Origin: a virus
Taxonomy: Duplodnaviria > Caudoviricetes
Length of the DNA stretch: 35,670 bases
IMG/VR virus record: IMGVR_UViG_3300012971_000044
Coordinates: 1 to 35,670 of that record
Strand: one strand, 5' to 3'
Shown in pieces: positions 1-9,684 of this stretch. The first letter of the stretch is position 1. Each line of letters begins with the position of its first letter. The position numbers and the translations under genes are program-made. The notes below the pieces were generated by a model, which was not told the origin of the DNA, made no database searches, and saw nothing but the letters and a program-made list of their open reading frames with translations.

Positions 1-1
1 C

Positions 2-160
2 AAGCCGATGGGCACTCGTACTAAGTGGCCGACAAACGGGACAGTTACAAAGACTCGCACAGGTTCGATAAGAATCAGGACAACGGGTGGTTCAATGAAG
101 CCTAAGACTGGTACGATTGAGCTTGTGACCACTGGTAACACTAACGGTTGGGGATCATAA
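2..160 (+). CDS. 3' end of an upstream virion-region gene (partial)
   Basis: Open frame from the window edge (KPMGTRTKW...GWGS*). Its TAA (158-160) overlaps the next ATG as TAATG. Confidence 0.55.
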   Translation, partial: KPMGTRTKWPTNGTVTKTRTGSIRIRTTGGSMKPKTGTIELVTTGNTNGWGS

Positions 161-882
161 TGTCAGTAGTCTCGTTCAACAACTATGAGGTATCACCACG
201 TTTCGACGGCACCAAGTGGACTAAGGCTAGAATCAACGAGTCTGCTGCTAATACAGGGCCGTGGACTGTCATAGATACAGTAGACATTGATCCTGGGCCT
301 GATCCTGCACACCCGCTTGATGTCTCGTTCACGACTGATAATGCTACGCTCACTGAGGGTTGGTATCTCGTTGAGTTTATGGATGCTGCGAATAACGTAC
401 TGGAGACTGATCCCGTACTTAACGCAACTCCTGAGTCATACGAGATACTTGCTGAACTCAATGACATCAACGCACACCTTGACGGTACGGTAGTTGAAGC
501 AGACGCACAGAATACTGCGCTAATTCAGGTCAGTGTAAACAGGATAGTCAAAGCCTACTTGTCGCGTGTCGTGGATTATGCAACAATGGCGACGTGGACT
601 ACTCCTGAGACTACGCCTGACACTGTACGTGAGGCTGCATCATTCCTGATAGCGTCTCAGCTTTACTACGATCAAACCGCGAAAAGTAGCACAGTCATAG
701 AACCTACCCACTATGCACAGTGGCTATACGATCATGGGATAGCACTACTCACTGGAATTGTTGAAGGCACCATCGAGTTGCCTGACACGGTGCCTGTAAC
801 GCCTTTGGAGTCTCTCACGGCTCTTGATTACTTCCCGGTTGATGCCACAGATCGTGCATTCACGATGGGACAGAAGTTCTAG
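160..882 (+). CDS. Head-tail adaptor (Mu gp36/DUF1320-like C-terminal domain) with an extra N-terminal beta-rich domain
   Basis: C-terminal half (TPDTVREAASFLIASQLYY...LYDHGIALLTGIVEGTIEL) resembles gp36-type adaptors, and the gene precedes the neck genes. Start moved to ATG 160 (TAATG coupling). Confidence 0.6.
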   Translation: MSVVSFNNYEVSPRFDGTKWTKARINESAANTGPWTVIDTVDIDPGPDPAHPLDVSFTTDNATLTEGWYLVEFMDAANNVLETDPVLNATPESYEILAELNDINAHLDGTVVEADAQNTALIQVSVNRIVKAYLSRVVDYATMATWTTPETTPDTVREAASFLIASQLYYDQTAKSSTVIEPTHYAQWLYDHGIALLTGIVEGTIELPDTVPVTPLESLTALDYFPVDATDRAFTMGQKF

Positions 883-883
883 C

Positions 884-1417
884 ATGATCTTTGAAATATC
901 AGAGGAAGGTGCGTTTCACGTAGCTGCGCTGCTTGATATAGGTGCCAAGCAGAGCCGTGATACGATGGTAGTCATGGAGAAAATCGTAGCTGACATGATG
1001 AGAGCGGAACGAGCTACGTTCTATGCTCAGGGTCGTCGTGGTGGAGGATCGTGGAAACCACTAAAGCCAGACACCATTAGAAAGAAGGGTGTTGGCTATC
1101 AGAACATACTCAGAACTGATTTGGCTAATCCTGGGTATTCCAAAATCGAAGGATCAAATAGCGTAGATACGCTGTTTAGATCACTCACCAGACCTGGGGC
1201 ACAGTATCAAATCCTCAACGTTACCAACACTAGCATCAGGTTCGGTACTGACAGACCATACGCAGGAGCGCATCAACACGGTAGTTGGTTGAGATTCATT
1301 CCTGCTAGACCTTTCATGACTTTCCTACCATCAGATCAGGAGCGATGGAGTCGTATGATTTCTGAACATCTAATGGCTCCGTTCATAGCTGATGAGGGTA
1401 AGAGTGGTGCTAAGTGA
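884..1417 (+). CDS. Phage virion morphogenesis / tail completion protein (Mu gpG / P2 gpS-like)
   Basis: Motifs WKPLKPDT, FGTDRPYAGAHQHG and IPARPFM are typical of the family. ATG 884 follows the upstream stop. Confidence 0.8.
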   Translation: MIFEISEEGAFHVAALLDIGAKQSRDTMVVMEKIVADMMRAERATFYAQGRRGGGSWKPLKPDTIRKKGVGYQNILRTDLANPGYSKIEGSNSVDTLFRSLTRPGAQYQILNVTNTSIRFGTDRPYAGAHQHGSWLRFIPARPFMTFLPSDQERWSRMISEHLMAPFIADEGKSGAK

Positions 1418-2034
1418 CTAGTACCATAAGCGATGTGTTCGGGAGAATGCTGTCTGCCTCACAAATTGAGGAAGCTGTAGTTGCATCTATGAGAAAGTGG
1501 TATCCCACGTATCTGAAAGAACAGGAAGCGCAGATGGGATTGCCAAAATCGACGTTCCCCATACCTGAGAACTACAGCGATAGAAACAAGTTTGACATGG
1601 AAGCTCCAGAATCGTTGCCTAAGATAGTAGTCATAGCTCCTGGCACAGTTGGTGCTCCGAGAAAGAACGGGAACGGTACATATAGTGCCGTGTGGAGACT
1701 CGGTATCGGTATAGCTATAGGTGCTGAGACTGAGGTAGAAGCGAATAGATTAGTGAAAGCTTTTGGTGCTGCTGCTCGCGGGCTGATGATGCAAAGCTCA
1801 GAACTTGGAGCTTTGGGTGCAAAAGACATAATCTGGACAGACGAGCTGTATGAGGATCTTCCGATACCTAACGCTGTTCAGCTAGTCAAGGCCGCAAGTC
1901 TCTACTTCAACATAGACTTCTATGATGTCGTAACTCGCGGTCAAGGCCCGGTTGTACCGGATCAGCCTCCGTACACAGTTGGTGAGTTTGAGACAGCAGA
2001 CGTCGTACTCAACAAGGTTCCGATTACAGGTTAG
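1414..2034 (+). CDS. Putative tail terminator / neck protein
   Basis: 206 aa, GTGA overlap, located between the neck gene and the sheath. Confidence 0.55.
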   Translation: MTSTISDVFGRMLSASQIEEAVVASMRKWYPTYLKEQEAQMGLPKSTFPIPENYSDRNKFDMEAPESLPKIVVIAPGTVGAPRKNGNGTYSAVWRLGIGIAIGAETEVEANRLVKAFGAAARGLMMQSSELGALGAKDIIWTDELYEDLPIPNAVQLVKAASLYFNIDFYDVVTRGQGPVVPDQPPYTVGEFETADVVLNKVPITG

Positions 2035-2048
2035 AGAGGAGGTTACAA

Positions 2049-2291
2049 GTGGCAGACCAAGAGTATTACTTTGCAGGCGATCATGCGGATACACTTATTC
2101 AGGGCGATAAGTGTATTCCCATAGGTTCAGGTGATACGTTCACGTTGTCTCAGGAGGATCTGAACAACGGAGAAAACTCGCATATGTTTGAAGGCGAGTT
2201 TCCAGCTATTGCTGTAGTTCCCGAGCCTCAGCCTGAGGTTGCTGTTGAGGACGATACAACAACTACTCCCCCGAAAGGAGGTAAGAAATAG
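2049..2291 (+). CDS. Small acidic hypothetical protein preceding the sheath
   Basis: Strong RBS GAGGAGG before a GTG start; 80 aa. Confidence 0.65.
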   Translation: MADQEYYFAGDHADTLIQGDKCIPIGSGDTFTLSQEDLNNGENSHMFEGEFPAIAVVPEPQPEVAVEDDTTTTPPKGGKK

Positions 2292-3733
2292 TGACGAACA
2301 GACCTGGCACTGATGTATTCCTGCTTGACACTCCGGGTACAATTTCTATTCCGACTAGTTCGGGTACTTGGTTTGTGGCAGGATTGTCTGATAGAGGCCC
2401 AGTAACTCCACAGCTTGTTCTGAGTCTCAATCAGTTCGTGCAGAAGTTCGGTACTCGTCAGTCGTACAGTGTTCTGTACGATTGCATCGAGGAGTTCTTC
2501 CGCGAGGGTGGCAACAGAGCATACATCGCAAGGGTTGTCGGCCCTGGTGCTACTAAGGGCTTTGTCAATCTAAACGACAATGCTGCTGCTATCTCACTAG
2601 TCGCAACTGCCAATGGCCCTGGTGCTTGGTCAGGCACATATAACGTAGCCGTCTATGCTGTAACAGGCGGTTTCGGTATTCAGGTGCTTGATCCCACTTT
2701 GGCAGTTGTTGAAGATTCTGGCCCACTTGTGGATCAGAATGCTGCTGTAGCGTGGTCTGCATACAGCAACTACATCACCATCACTAAGGGTGCATCTGCG
2801 AATAACCCGCAGGCTACTTCTGCAACTGGTCTAACGATGTCTGCTGGTAACGACGATAGAAACAACATCACCGATACTCAGTGGAACAACGCACTTCTGA
2901 CGTTTGGTGATAACCTCGGCCCTGGTCAGCTTTCTGCTCCTGGCCAGACTTCTACAACGAGGCACTCTCAGCTCGTTAGCGCAGCTTACTTGGGTGGTCG
3001 CGTTGCTCTACTTGACTTGGTAGACAGCGCAACTGCTGCTACACTGATCGCCAACATACCATCGTACTCTGTAAGCTCACGCTTCTCTGCTGCGTTTGCA
3101 CCGTGGGTCACAATTCCTGGTGTCACGGTTGGTTCAACTAGGTCTGTGCCTCCTTCGTGTGTGATCGCTGGCATGATTGCCTCTAACGATCCTAACTTCG
3201 GTGTAGATGCAGCAGCCGCAGGAAATCAGGGTGTGTCAAACTACGCGATAGATTTGTCACAAGCTGATTGGGATGACACTACACGTTCATCGCTTAACTC
3301 AGCGGGTATCAACGTCCTACGCAGAATGTTCGGTTCCATCAGAAACTACGGTTGGCGCTCGTTGGCCAATCCTGTAACTGATGCACAGTGGTTGGACTTT
3401 GGTAACGGTAGACTGTTCAGTGATCTACAGTCTGAGCTTGGTTTTATCGCTGAGAACTATGTGTTCAGGAACATCACACAGGATACCATCGACGAGTTTC
3501 ACGGTGATCTTGTGAGTAACCTGATGGATCATTGGGTTGCTGGTGATCTGTATGGTGCCACTCCTGGGCAGGCGTTTGTAGTGGATACGAGTGCTGCTGT
3601 GAATACTCCGCAGACGATCGCAAATCTGGAGCTACACGCGGTATGCCAGGTTAAGATGACTCCGTTTGCTGAGTACGTGCAGATACAAATCGTCAAGCGT
3701 CAGATCGCTGACAATCTCGCGCCAGCCGCGTAA
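2291..3733 (+). CDS. Contractile tail sheath protein
   Basis: Sheath motifs: RPG start, GLSDRGPVTPQLVLSLNQFVQKFG, EFFREGGNRAYIARV, PPSCVIAG, LNSAGINVLR, YGWRSL, PFAEYVQIQI. Confidence 0.95.
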   Translation: MTNRPGTDVFLLDTPGTISIPTSSGTWFVAGLSDRGPVTPQLVLSLNQFVQKFGTRQSYSVLYDCIEEFFREGGNRAYIARVVGPGATKGFVNLNDNAAAISLVATANGPGAWSGTYNVAVYAVTGGFGIQVLDPTLAVVEDSGPLVDQNAAVAWSAYSNYITITKGASANNPQATSATGLTMSAGNDDRNNITDTQWNNALLTFGDNLGPGQLSAPGQTSTTRHSQLVSAAYLGGRVALLDLVDSATAATLIANIPSYSVSSRFSAAFAPWVTIPGVTVGSTRSVPPSCVIAGMIASNDPNFGVDAAAAGNQGVSNYAIDLSQADWDDTTRSSLNSAGINVLRRMFGSIRNYGWRSLANPVTDAQWLDFGNGRLFSDLQSELGFIAENYVFRNITQDTIDEFHGDLVSNLMDHWVAGDLYGATPGQAFVVDTSAAVNTPQTIANLELHAVCQVKMTPFAEYVQIQIVKRQIADNLAPAA

Positions 3734-3750
3734 AAGGAGGTGGCTAATAA

Positions 3751-4194
3751 ATGGCTGATGGTGGAAGGCGTACCAATCCTACCCGTCAAGATACATTCAA
3801 GGTAACGTTGAAGGTTGATGGTCTTGGCTACGGTGTATGGGATAAGAAAACTGGTGGTGAACTCGACTCTGATGAGTTGAAGTATCATCCCGGTGGTATG
3901 GCTCCCGTTATCTCTCTCGGTGGTAAGAAGCTTCCGGGTAACATCACGCTACAGCGTGAGTATGACGGAGATAACGACGGTCTGAACGTTGCTGAGCTAT
4001 TTCCTAAAGTCGGTTCTGCGCGAGCTACCGTTACGCAGAACACTCTCGACTTCGATGGAAACAGCTACGGTAACAAGATCGTGTGGAAGGGCATTCTCAA
4101 GAAGGTGCAGGTGCCTGACGTTGATTCCGAGGGTAATGCTGCTGCACTGATGGAAATTGAAATCAGTGTAGATCAGTCGCCTGTTTCTTCATGA
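3751..4194 (+). CDS. Tail tube protein (T4 gp19-like)
   Basis: 147 aa directly after the sheath, RBS AAGGAGG. Motifs YHPGG...LGGKKLPGNITLQR and DVDSEGNAAALMEIEI. Confidence 0.88.
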   Translation: MADGGRRTNPTRQDTFKVTLKVDGLGYGVWDKKTGGELDSDELKYHPGGMAPVISLGGKKLPGNITLQREYDGDNDGLNVAELFPKVGSARATVTQNTLDFDGNSYGNKIVWKGILKKVQVPDVDSEGNAAALMEIEISVDQSPVSS

Positions 4195-4211
4195 GCTAGC
4201 TAGGAGAGAGC

Positions 4212-4796
4212 ATGGAAAATGATGAGCTAGTAGACGAGCCGAAAGAAGGTGAAGTCACCCCTGTGCGGGTTTCAGACAACGGGGACGCGCCTACACCTTT
4301 CGGTGATGCCTCAATCATGGATCTTCTGCAAGCTGATATACAAGAGCTTTCAGAAACCAAAGAGGTATTCATACCCGTAAAGGGTTACGAGCGTAGCGGT
4401 ATACAAATCTGCTACCACTTGCCAGATAGAGGCAAGGAGTTGAGTGACATCGCTCGTAAGGTGGAACGAGAGATAAAGGATCAATACTCTCGTAACATCA
4501 CTATCGCAATAGATACCATGATTCATCTGTGTTCGGGTATCTATTGTCAGCCAGGAGACACGCCTGAGCCTGTAATGCTTGATCCTGATGAAACTGGTGA
4601 GCCTGCACAGTTTGACGACAAGTTCGCTAAGCTGATGGGCATTGAAGGTCAGGTACATTCAGCAAGACAGGTTGTGCGTCGGTTGTTTAACAACAACGAT
4701 ATGGCAATCATTTCACACGCTGAGAAGTTGCAGCGATGGTTGCAGAACACCAAGGCTGACGTATCTCTCGAAATCTGGCAAGTTCAGGGGGAATGA
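4212..4796 (+). CDS. Tail assembly chaperone (gpG-like)
   Basis: Acidic 194 aa between tube and tape measure; RBS GGAGAGAG; ends in the slippery sequence GGGGGAA. Confidence 0.75.
   Translation: MENDELVDEPKEGEVTPVRVSDNGDAPTPFGDASIMDLLQADIQELSETKEVFIPVKGYERSGIQICYHLPDRGKELSDIARKVEREIKDQYSRNITIAIDTMIHLCSGIYCQPGDTPEPVMLDPDETGEPAQFDDKFAKLMGIEGQVHSARQVVRRLFNNNDMAIISHAEKLQRWLQNTKADVSLEIWQVQGE
4787..4793 (+). promoter_or_regulatory. Programmed -1 frameshift site (GGGGGAA)
   Basis: CAG GGG GAA TGA. The -1 frame continues into ORF 4793-4990, the classic G/GT chaperone layout. Confidence 0.7.
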
Positions 4797-4990
4797 CTGA
4801 GCGGATCAAGGAAGCCGCACAAATGGCTGCTCTCGGCCTTGATCCGTTCAGATTCCTTGAAACGAGAGATATGAACGAACGAGTGATGCTCACAACTCTG
4901 TATAACGAAGTGTACGAGATAAGAAAGATCATGGATCACAACCTCGCTGTTGAAATCGCCAACATGGTAGGTCAGCTCTTTAAGAGATAA
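4793..4990 (+). CDS. Tail assembly chaperone C-terminal extension (gpT-like)
   Basis: 65 aa in the -1 frame immediately before the tape measure gene. Confidence 0.7.
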   Translation: MTERIKEAAQMAALGLDPFRFLETRDMNERVMLTTLYNEVYEIRKIMDHNLAVEIANMVGQLFKR

Positions 4991-7017
4991 TGTGGGGTAG
5001 TCTCTCATCCGCGCATCAAATCATGGTGCTTCTCTCTTTGAGAGGAACAGCAGAATACGATGCTAAAATGGCGGCTGCTTCTGCCGAGACTAATGCGTTC
5101 GCAAGGTCTTTGTTGCGAACTGGCAAAGCCATGACTGTCGCCACAGAACGAACGTGGATGCAAAATCAGGCATTGTTCACGGCTAGACGTTACCTGTTCT
5201 ATGCAACTCTAGCCGTGACTGGCCTGGTTTTCGCTGTAGCTAAGCTTGGCTTCCAATACGACAGTACCGTACAGTCAGCTAGGGTGGCACTAAAAACGAT
5301 ACTACCGCAGAGACAGCTTGATGATGTAATCAACCGTCTATACAAAATATCAACCCTGTCACCGTTCTTGTTCCAAGACACGCTAGGTGCATTCAGGATG
5401 CTTTATCCCGCGTTCCACGCTGCTGGTATTAGCGCGAAAGACGCGATGGACACGATTCAAGCATCGGCCAATGCTTTGTCTGTTCAGGGTAAGTTGTCTG
5501 CCGGACAGCTAACTCGTGTAGCTGTACAGATGCAGCACTTGGCTAACATTGGTAGACCAACTGGTCAGATCCTAACTGCACTAGCTCGCGATGGTTTGCC
5601 AGTCTATTCTGCGCTGCGTAAAGAGCTGCACTTGACTGGTACATCGCTTACTGATCTAGCTTCGTCGGGCTACTCAGCCAAGCAGATAATCGAAGCTTTG
5701 AACAAGTATATGCTTACTACGGCTCCGTACAAAGGTGCGGCTGAGCGAATATCGCTACAAACTCTGCAAGGCAACTGGCAGATGTTCAAAGATATTTTGG
5801 CACAAGCCGCTGGTCGTGCGGAAGGTGGTCTGTTCTCAGGTCTGACCGCTAGGATAAAGAAAGTTAATCAGGCTCTAATACCTGCGTTTGCAGCAAACAA
5901 GCCAATCGGTATCTACATGATAGCGGATGCCATAGATCGTGCGCTGACTCCGAGAACTCACATAATCATCAACCTGTTTGTCCTGTTTGCTTCTACCCTC
6001 AAAATGGTGCTTTTCCTGTTTGGATTGTTCTTCGGTATACTGCAACTGGTTCTGTTCCCACTAGACTACTTTGCGAGTCTACTAGGACAAAACTGGGTAG
6101 CCATGAAAATACTGGGCGCAGCACTTGGTGTGCTTTTGTTCTTGTGGGGCTTAGCGAAAATTCGCTTAATGGCTCTCGCTGCACAGGAGGAAATCCAGAT
6201 ATTCCTAGTTTGGGCTAGTGGCGCTTCTGTTAAGGCACTAGCGTTTGCGACGTGGCTTTGGAACGCGGCTATGGACGCTGCCAACATAGCATTGATTTGG
6301 CTAAACACGCTGCTCACTTGGGAGAACGTTAGGATATGGGCTGCGACCGCTGCCGTGATTGCAATGATGGCTGCTACTTGGCTTTGGAATGCAGCTACAG
6401 ATGCAATGACTGGCGCGATGATTGCGTTGGACGCTGCTATGTGGGCCAACCCAATAGGACTCATAATCCTAGCTGTTCTAGCTCTCACGGCTGGACTTGT
6501 CGTTCTGTATTTCAAGTGGAAAGCTTTTCACGATCTAGTGAATAAGACGTTTGGTTTCTTGTGGTCGCATCCGTGGGCTGCTACACTAATACCTATAGTC
6601 GGACAGCTCATACTCATGGCTAGAGTTCTACTTGCAATCTACAACAACGCGGCTAGAATAGCAGACCTCGCTAGTCACCCACTCAGACACGTAGAGAATG
6701 CTATTCATGGAAGAAGTGCACTCGGTACTGCTTCCAGTGTAGCTGGCTGGATTACCAATCCTTTCGGTAGTCTTGCTGGTGTATTAGGTTTCCAGCATGG
6801 TGGTTTTATCGGTCGTGGTGGTCTAGCATTAGTTGGTGAGCGTGGACCTGAATTGGTACATCTACCAGCAGCGTCAGTTGTGCAGCCATTCTCACGAAAC
6901 ATGATGGGTAGTGGCGTACTCGCCATTCATGTATATCCGCAGGACATATACCTAGACAGCAAGAAGATAGGGTCTGTGCTTGCCACAGCAATCACTGACA
7001 AGGAAGCAAGGCGGTAA
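4990..7017 (+). CDS. Tape measure protein
   Basis: Ala-rich helical 675 aa. Tape-measure N-domain (SPFLFQD...TLQGNWQMFKD), hydrophobic Trp-spaced repeats, ANPIGL, C-terminal FQHGG...LVGERGPELV. Confidence 0.92.
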   Translation: MWGSLSSAHQIMVLLSLRGTAEYDAKMAAASAETNAFARSLLRTGKAMTVATERTWMQNQALFTARRYLFYATLAVTGLVFAVAKLGFQYDSTVQSARVALKTILPQRQLDDVINRLYKISTLSPFLFQDTLGAFRMLYPAFHAAGISAKDAMDTIQASANALSVQGKLSAGQLTRVAVQMQHLANIGRPTGQILTALARDGLPVYSALRKELHLTGTSLTDLASSGYSAKQIIEALNKYMLTTAPYKGAAERISLQTLQGNWQMFKDILAQAAGRAEGGLFSGLTARIKKVNQALIPAFAANKPIGIYMIADAIDRALTPRTHIIINLFVLFASTLKMVLFLFGLFFGILQLVLFPLDYFASLLGQNWVAMKILGAALGVLLFLWGLAKIRLMALAAQEEIQIFLVWASGASVKALAFATWLWNAAMDAANIALIWLNTLLTWENVRIWAATAAVIAMMAATWLWNAATDAMTGAMIALDAAMWANPIGLIILAVLALTAGLVVLYFKWKAFHDLVNKTFGFLWSHPWAATLIPIVGQLILMARVLLAIYNNAARIADLASHPLRHVENAIHGRSALGTASSVAGWITNPFGSLAGVLGFQHGGFIGRGGLALVGERGPELVHLPAASVVQPFSRNMMGSGVLAIHVYPQDIYLDSKKIGSVLATAITDKEARR

Positions 7018-7709
7018 TGCCCGTCGATGATCCCAAAAATAGTGCAGCACACGTAACAATCAAGGGTGGAGGCATAACGCTGACTGTTCTGTTAGGCGAT
7101 GGTTCTCCTGTTCTCACAGGTGGTGTGACTACGTGGGATACGGTGACTAGACCAAAGCGTACGTCTATGACTAGATTCTCTGGTAGAGCACCATTCGGCC
7201 AGGATATTCCAGTCATGTTCGATGGTCTTACGAATGATCCTCCAAACGATAATCAGGAGGATCGCATATCTAAGCTGGAGACTCTAGCTAGAGGCCCACA
7301 CGTGGTTTCTCTAGGTGGAGTGGCTCTACACCAAGAACTTGATTGGGTGTTCTCTGGCATAGATTGGGACAATCAGCACACTATCTGGAGACGAGGAAAA
7401 AACGGGGCTTTCAGAATTAGACAGGCTGCCACTGTTCACCTGCTTCAATACATCAAAGATGTTGTCAGGAAAACACCAGCAGAACCTAAAGTCGGGAAAG
7501 ATCCTAGTACGAAAACTACAGTACCAAAGGGCATGACTCTGAAACAGATAGCGAACATCGAGTTTGGTGATCCTGACAAATGGCACAGACTGGTGATTGA
7601 CAATCCCATACTGACTATCCTGGGTCTTGACAATCCACGATCTTTCCTGCCTGCTGGTTTTGCACTAACAGTGTATGATGGTGCTATTCCGTTCTTCACG
7701 GTGCCTTAA
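7017..7709 (+). CDS. Tail tube initiator / baseplate protein with C-terminal LysM-like domain
   Basis: C-terminal KGMTLKQIANIEFGDPDKWHRLVIDNP...LPAGFALTV is LysM/gpX-like; follows the tape measure gene. Confidence 0.75.
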   Translation: MPVDDPKNSAAHVTIKGGGITLTVLLGDGSPVLTGGVTTWDTVTRPKRTSMTRFSGRAPFGQDIPVMFDGLTNDPPNDNQEDRISKLETLARGPHVVSLGGVALHQELDWVFSGIDWDNQHTIWRRGKNGAFRIRQAATVHLLQYIKDVVRKTPAEPKVGKDPSTKTTVPKGMTLKQIANIEFGDPDKWHRLVIDNPILTILGLDNPRSFLPAGFALTVYDGAIPFFTVP

Positions 7710-9679
7710 TGCCTAAGACATCAGCCGTAGACTCCCTAGATCCTTCGCATCTCGATACTGCGAAGCAAATGCAGTTGCTTGGTGGGGACGTTGATGTAGA
7801 CGACTTCCACTTGCAAATGCGTAGAGGCGCAGGGATTCAGATTGAGTCGTCTATAACGAGTGCCATTATAGACCGCACGATTGATGGTGCCAGCTCTTTG
7901 ACTGTTACGGTTGATGATGAGGTTAATAGGACTATCCAGCTCAGTGGTATGCTTGGTCATGGTGTGGACGTGAATCTTGATGGGCTTTACTTCACTCTTG
8001 TAGGAGTGAAGAAAACGGGACGCGCTGTGACTCTCACGTTTGAGGAACGTGAAGTCAATCTGCTGCGGAAATACAAGAGTTTCATCATGGCGCAACGTTG
8101 GAGCAAAAACAACCCACAGGGAATAACTCGCGCTCAGTTCGCTTTACGCATGATCCGCGAAGTGAAAGAAGTGGATCTAAAGTGGACTATCCCTGAGCTA
8201 CACATACATCAGGCAGTAAGCGATCTTACCGCTAATCAGTATCTTATCGGGCCTGATCTACAGCCTACGCCTGGTAGTAATCAAGTGCAAGATGCCACAA
8301 CTGCCATGCAGGAACGTTCAAAGGGAATAGCCCTAGATAACAGTCAGTTGAAGGTTAGGGGCGCTTCTGCACAAAGGTGGCAAATCAAGAACGCGAACAT
8401 CATACTCCAAACGGGTGATGCTGCGAACGCTTCTCGTAAAGTCATGATTGCTTCAATGATGACTGCTATTGATGAGTCCAGCTTCTACAACTATCCCAAG
8501 GGTTATCCTAGTGGTACGGGGATATTCCAACAGAATCCTGCTTACTGGCCTGCCACAGCAAACATAGCCACTGATGCTGCTGCTTTCTTCAAGCGTTGCA
8601 AGCAGATGAATGCAGACTTCCCTAACGTGTCTCTAGCTACTCTGTGCTATCTAGTCCAACACAACAAAGCTGGTGCTTCTGCCTACGCTCCGTTCGAGCA
8701 GGAGGGTACTGCGTTCGTGAATGCTTACGATCATGTTGTAGGTGATAGCCAAGCCACACAATATGCACAGGGAGCGCAGATAGACCAGGGCACAAATCTG
8801 TTCATTCGTGGACAAATTTCAAAAGCTAAAGGTATGTCGGGTCAGTATATCATGACGCCCGAGAATAGCTGGAATTGCTTGCAGCGTATCGCGCAGGAAG
8901 TGAACTGGCGGTGTTTCATCGTAAGCGGGAGAGTCTACTTCATCAGTGAACACTGGCTATTCAAGAGCAAGCCGTTCATGACCATAAGTGAAGATTCTGA
9001 TGGGATAGACTGGATTGACTACGACTACGATGAAGGCAAGCATAAGGCGACTTGCACGATTACCGCGCATTTGAAGCGTTGGTCTGCGCCCCCTGGTAGT
9101 ACCATAGATATAACGGATATGGGGATCATCGACGGGAAGTATCTAGTCGAGGAAATCAGCAGATCGCTGTATGACACCATAGCTACGATCACAGCAAGTA
9201 AGCCACTACCTATACTTCCTGAGCCTGTGTCGCTAGGTGGTGTTCCTAGTGGTTTGGCTGGTGGTGCTGGTACATCTGTTCCACGCGATAGCTTGACTAA
9301 CGCGAATCAAGTTCAAAAGACGGTTGTGGCGTTTGCTAAGTCTCAGCTTGGTGTACCTTATCAGTGGGGTGCTGATAGTCCTGGCGTTGCGTTCGATTGT
9401 TCAGGGCTAACACAAGCTGCGTATGCCGCTGCTGGTATCTATCTACCACACTACTCAGGACACGGTGGACAGTGGGATAGAGGACAACGGATTAAGGACA
9501 GAAGCGACTTGATTCCCGCTGATCTTGTGTTCTTTGAGGGTGCCACTGATCCTCAACACGTCGGTATTTATATTGGTGGTGGCAAAATGATAGACGCACC
9601 ACATACGGGAGCTAATGTCAGAACTGAACCTGTGTGGGATTCGTTCGTAGGTGGCACACGACCGTGGGTCAGTAGGTAA
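7709..9679 (+). CDS. Baseplate hub with internal lysozyme-like domain and C-terminal NlpC/P60 peptidase
   Basis: Hub-like N and C segments; internal TAIDESS...GIFQQ; C-terminal QLGVPYQWG...FDCSGL...HVGIYIG. Confidence 0.85.
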   Translation: MPKTSAVDSLDPSHLDTAKQMQLLGGDVDVDDFHLQMRRGAGIQIESSITSAIIDRTIDGASSLTVTVDDEVNRTIQLSGMLGHGVDVNLDGLYFTLVGVKKTGRAVTLTFEEREVNLLRKYKSFIMAQRWSKNNPQGITRAQFALRMIREVKEVDLKWTIPELHIHQAVSDLTANQYLIGPDLQPTPGSNQVQDATTAMQERSKGIALDNSQLKVRGASAQRWQIKNANIILQTGDAANASRKVMIASMMTAIDESSFYNYPKGYPSGTGIFQQNPAYWPATANIATDAAAFFKRCKQMNADFPNVSLATLCYLVQHNKAGASAYAPFEQEGTAFVNAYDHVVGDSQATQYAQGAQIDQGTNLFIRGQISKAKGMSGQYIMTPENSWNCLQRIAQEVNWRCFIVSGRVYFISEHWLFKSKPFMTISEDSDGIDWIDYDYDEGKHKATCTITAHLKRWSAPPGSTIDITDMGIIDGKYLVEEISRSLYDTIATITASKPLPILPEPVSLGGVPSGLAGGAGTSVPRDSLTNANQVQKTVVAFAKSQLGVPYQWGADSPGVAFDCSGLTQAAYAAAGIYLPHYSGHGGQWDRGQRIKDRSDLIPADLVFFEGATDPQHVGIYIGGGKMIDAPHTGANVRTEPVWDSFVGGTRPWVSR

Positions 9680-9684
9680 CACGT

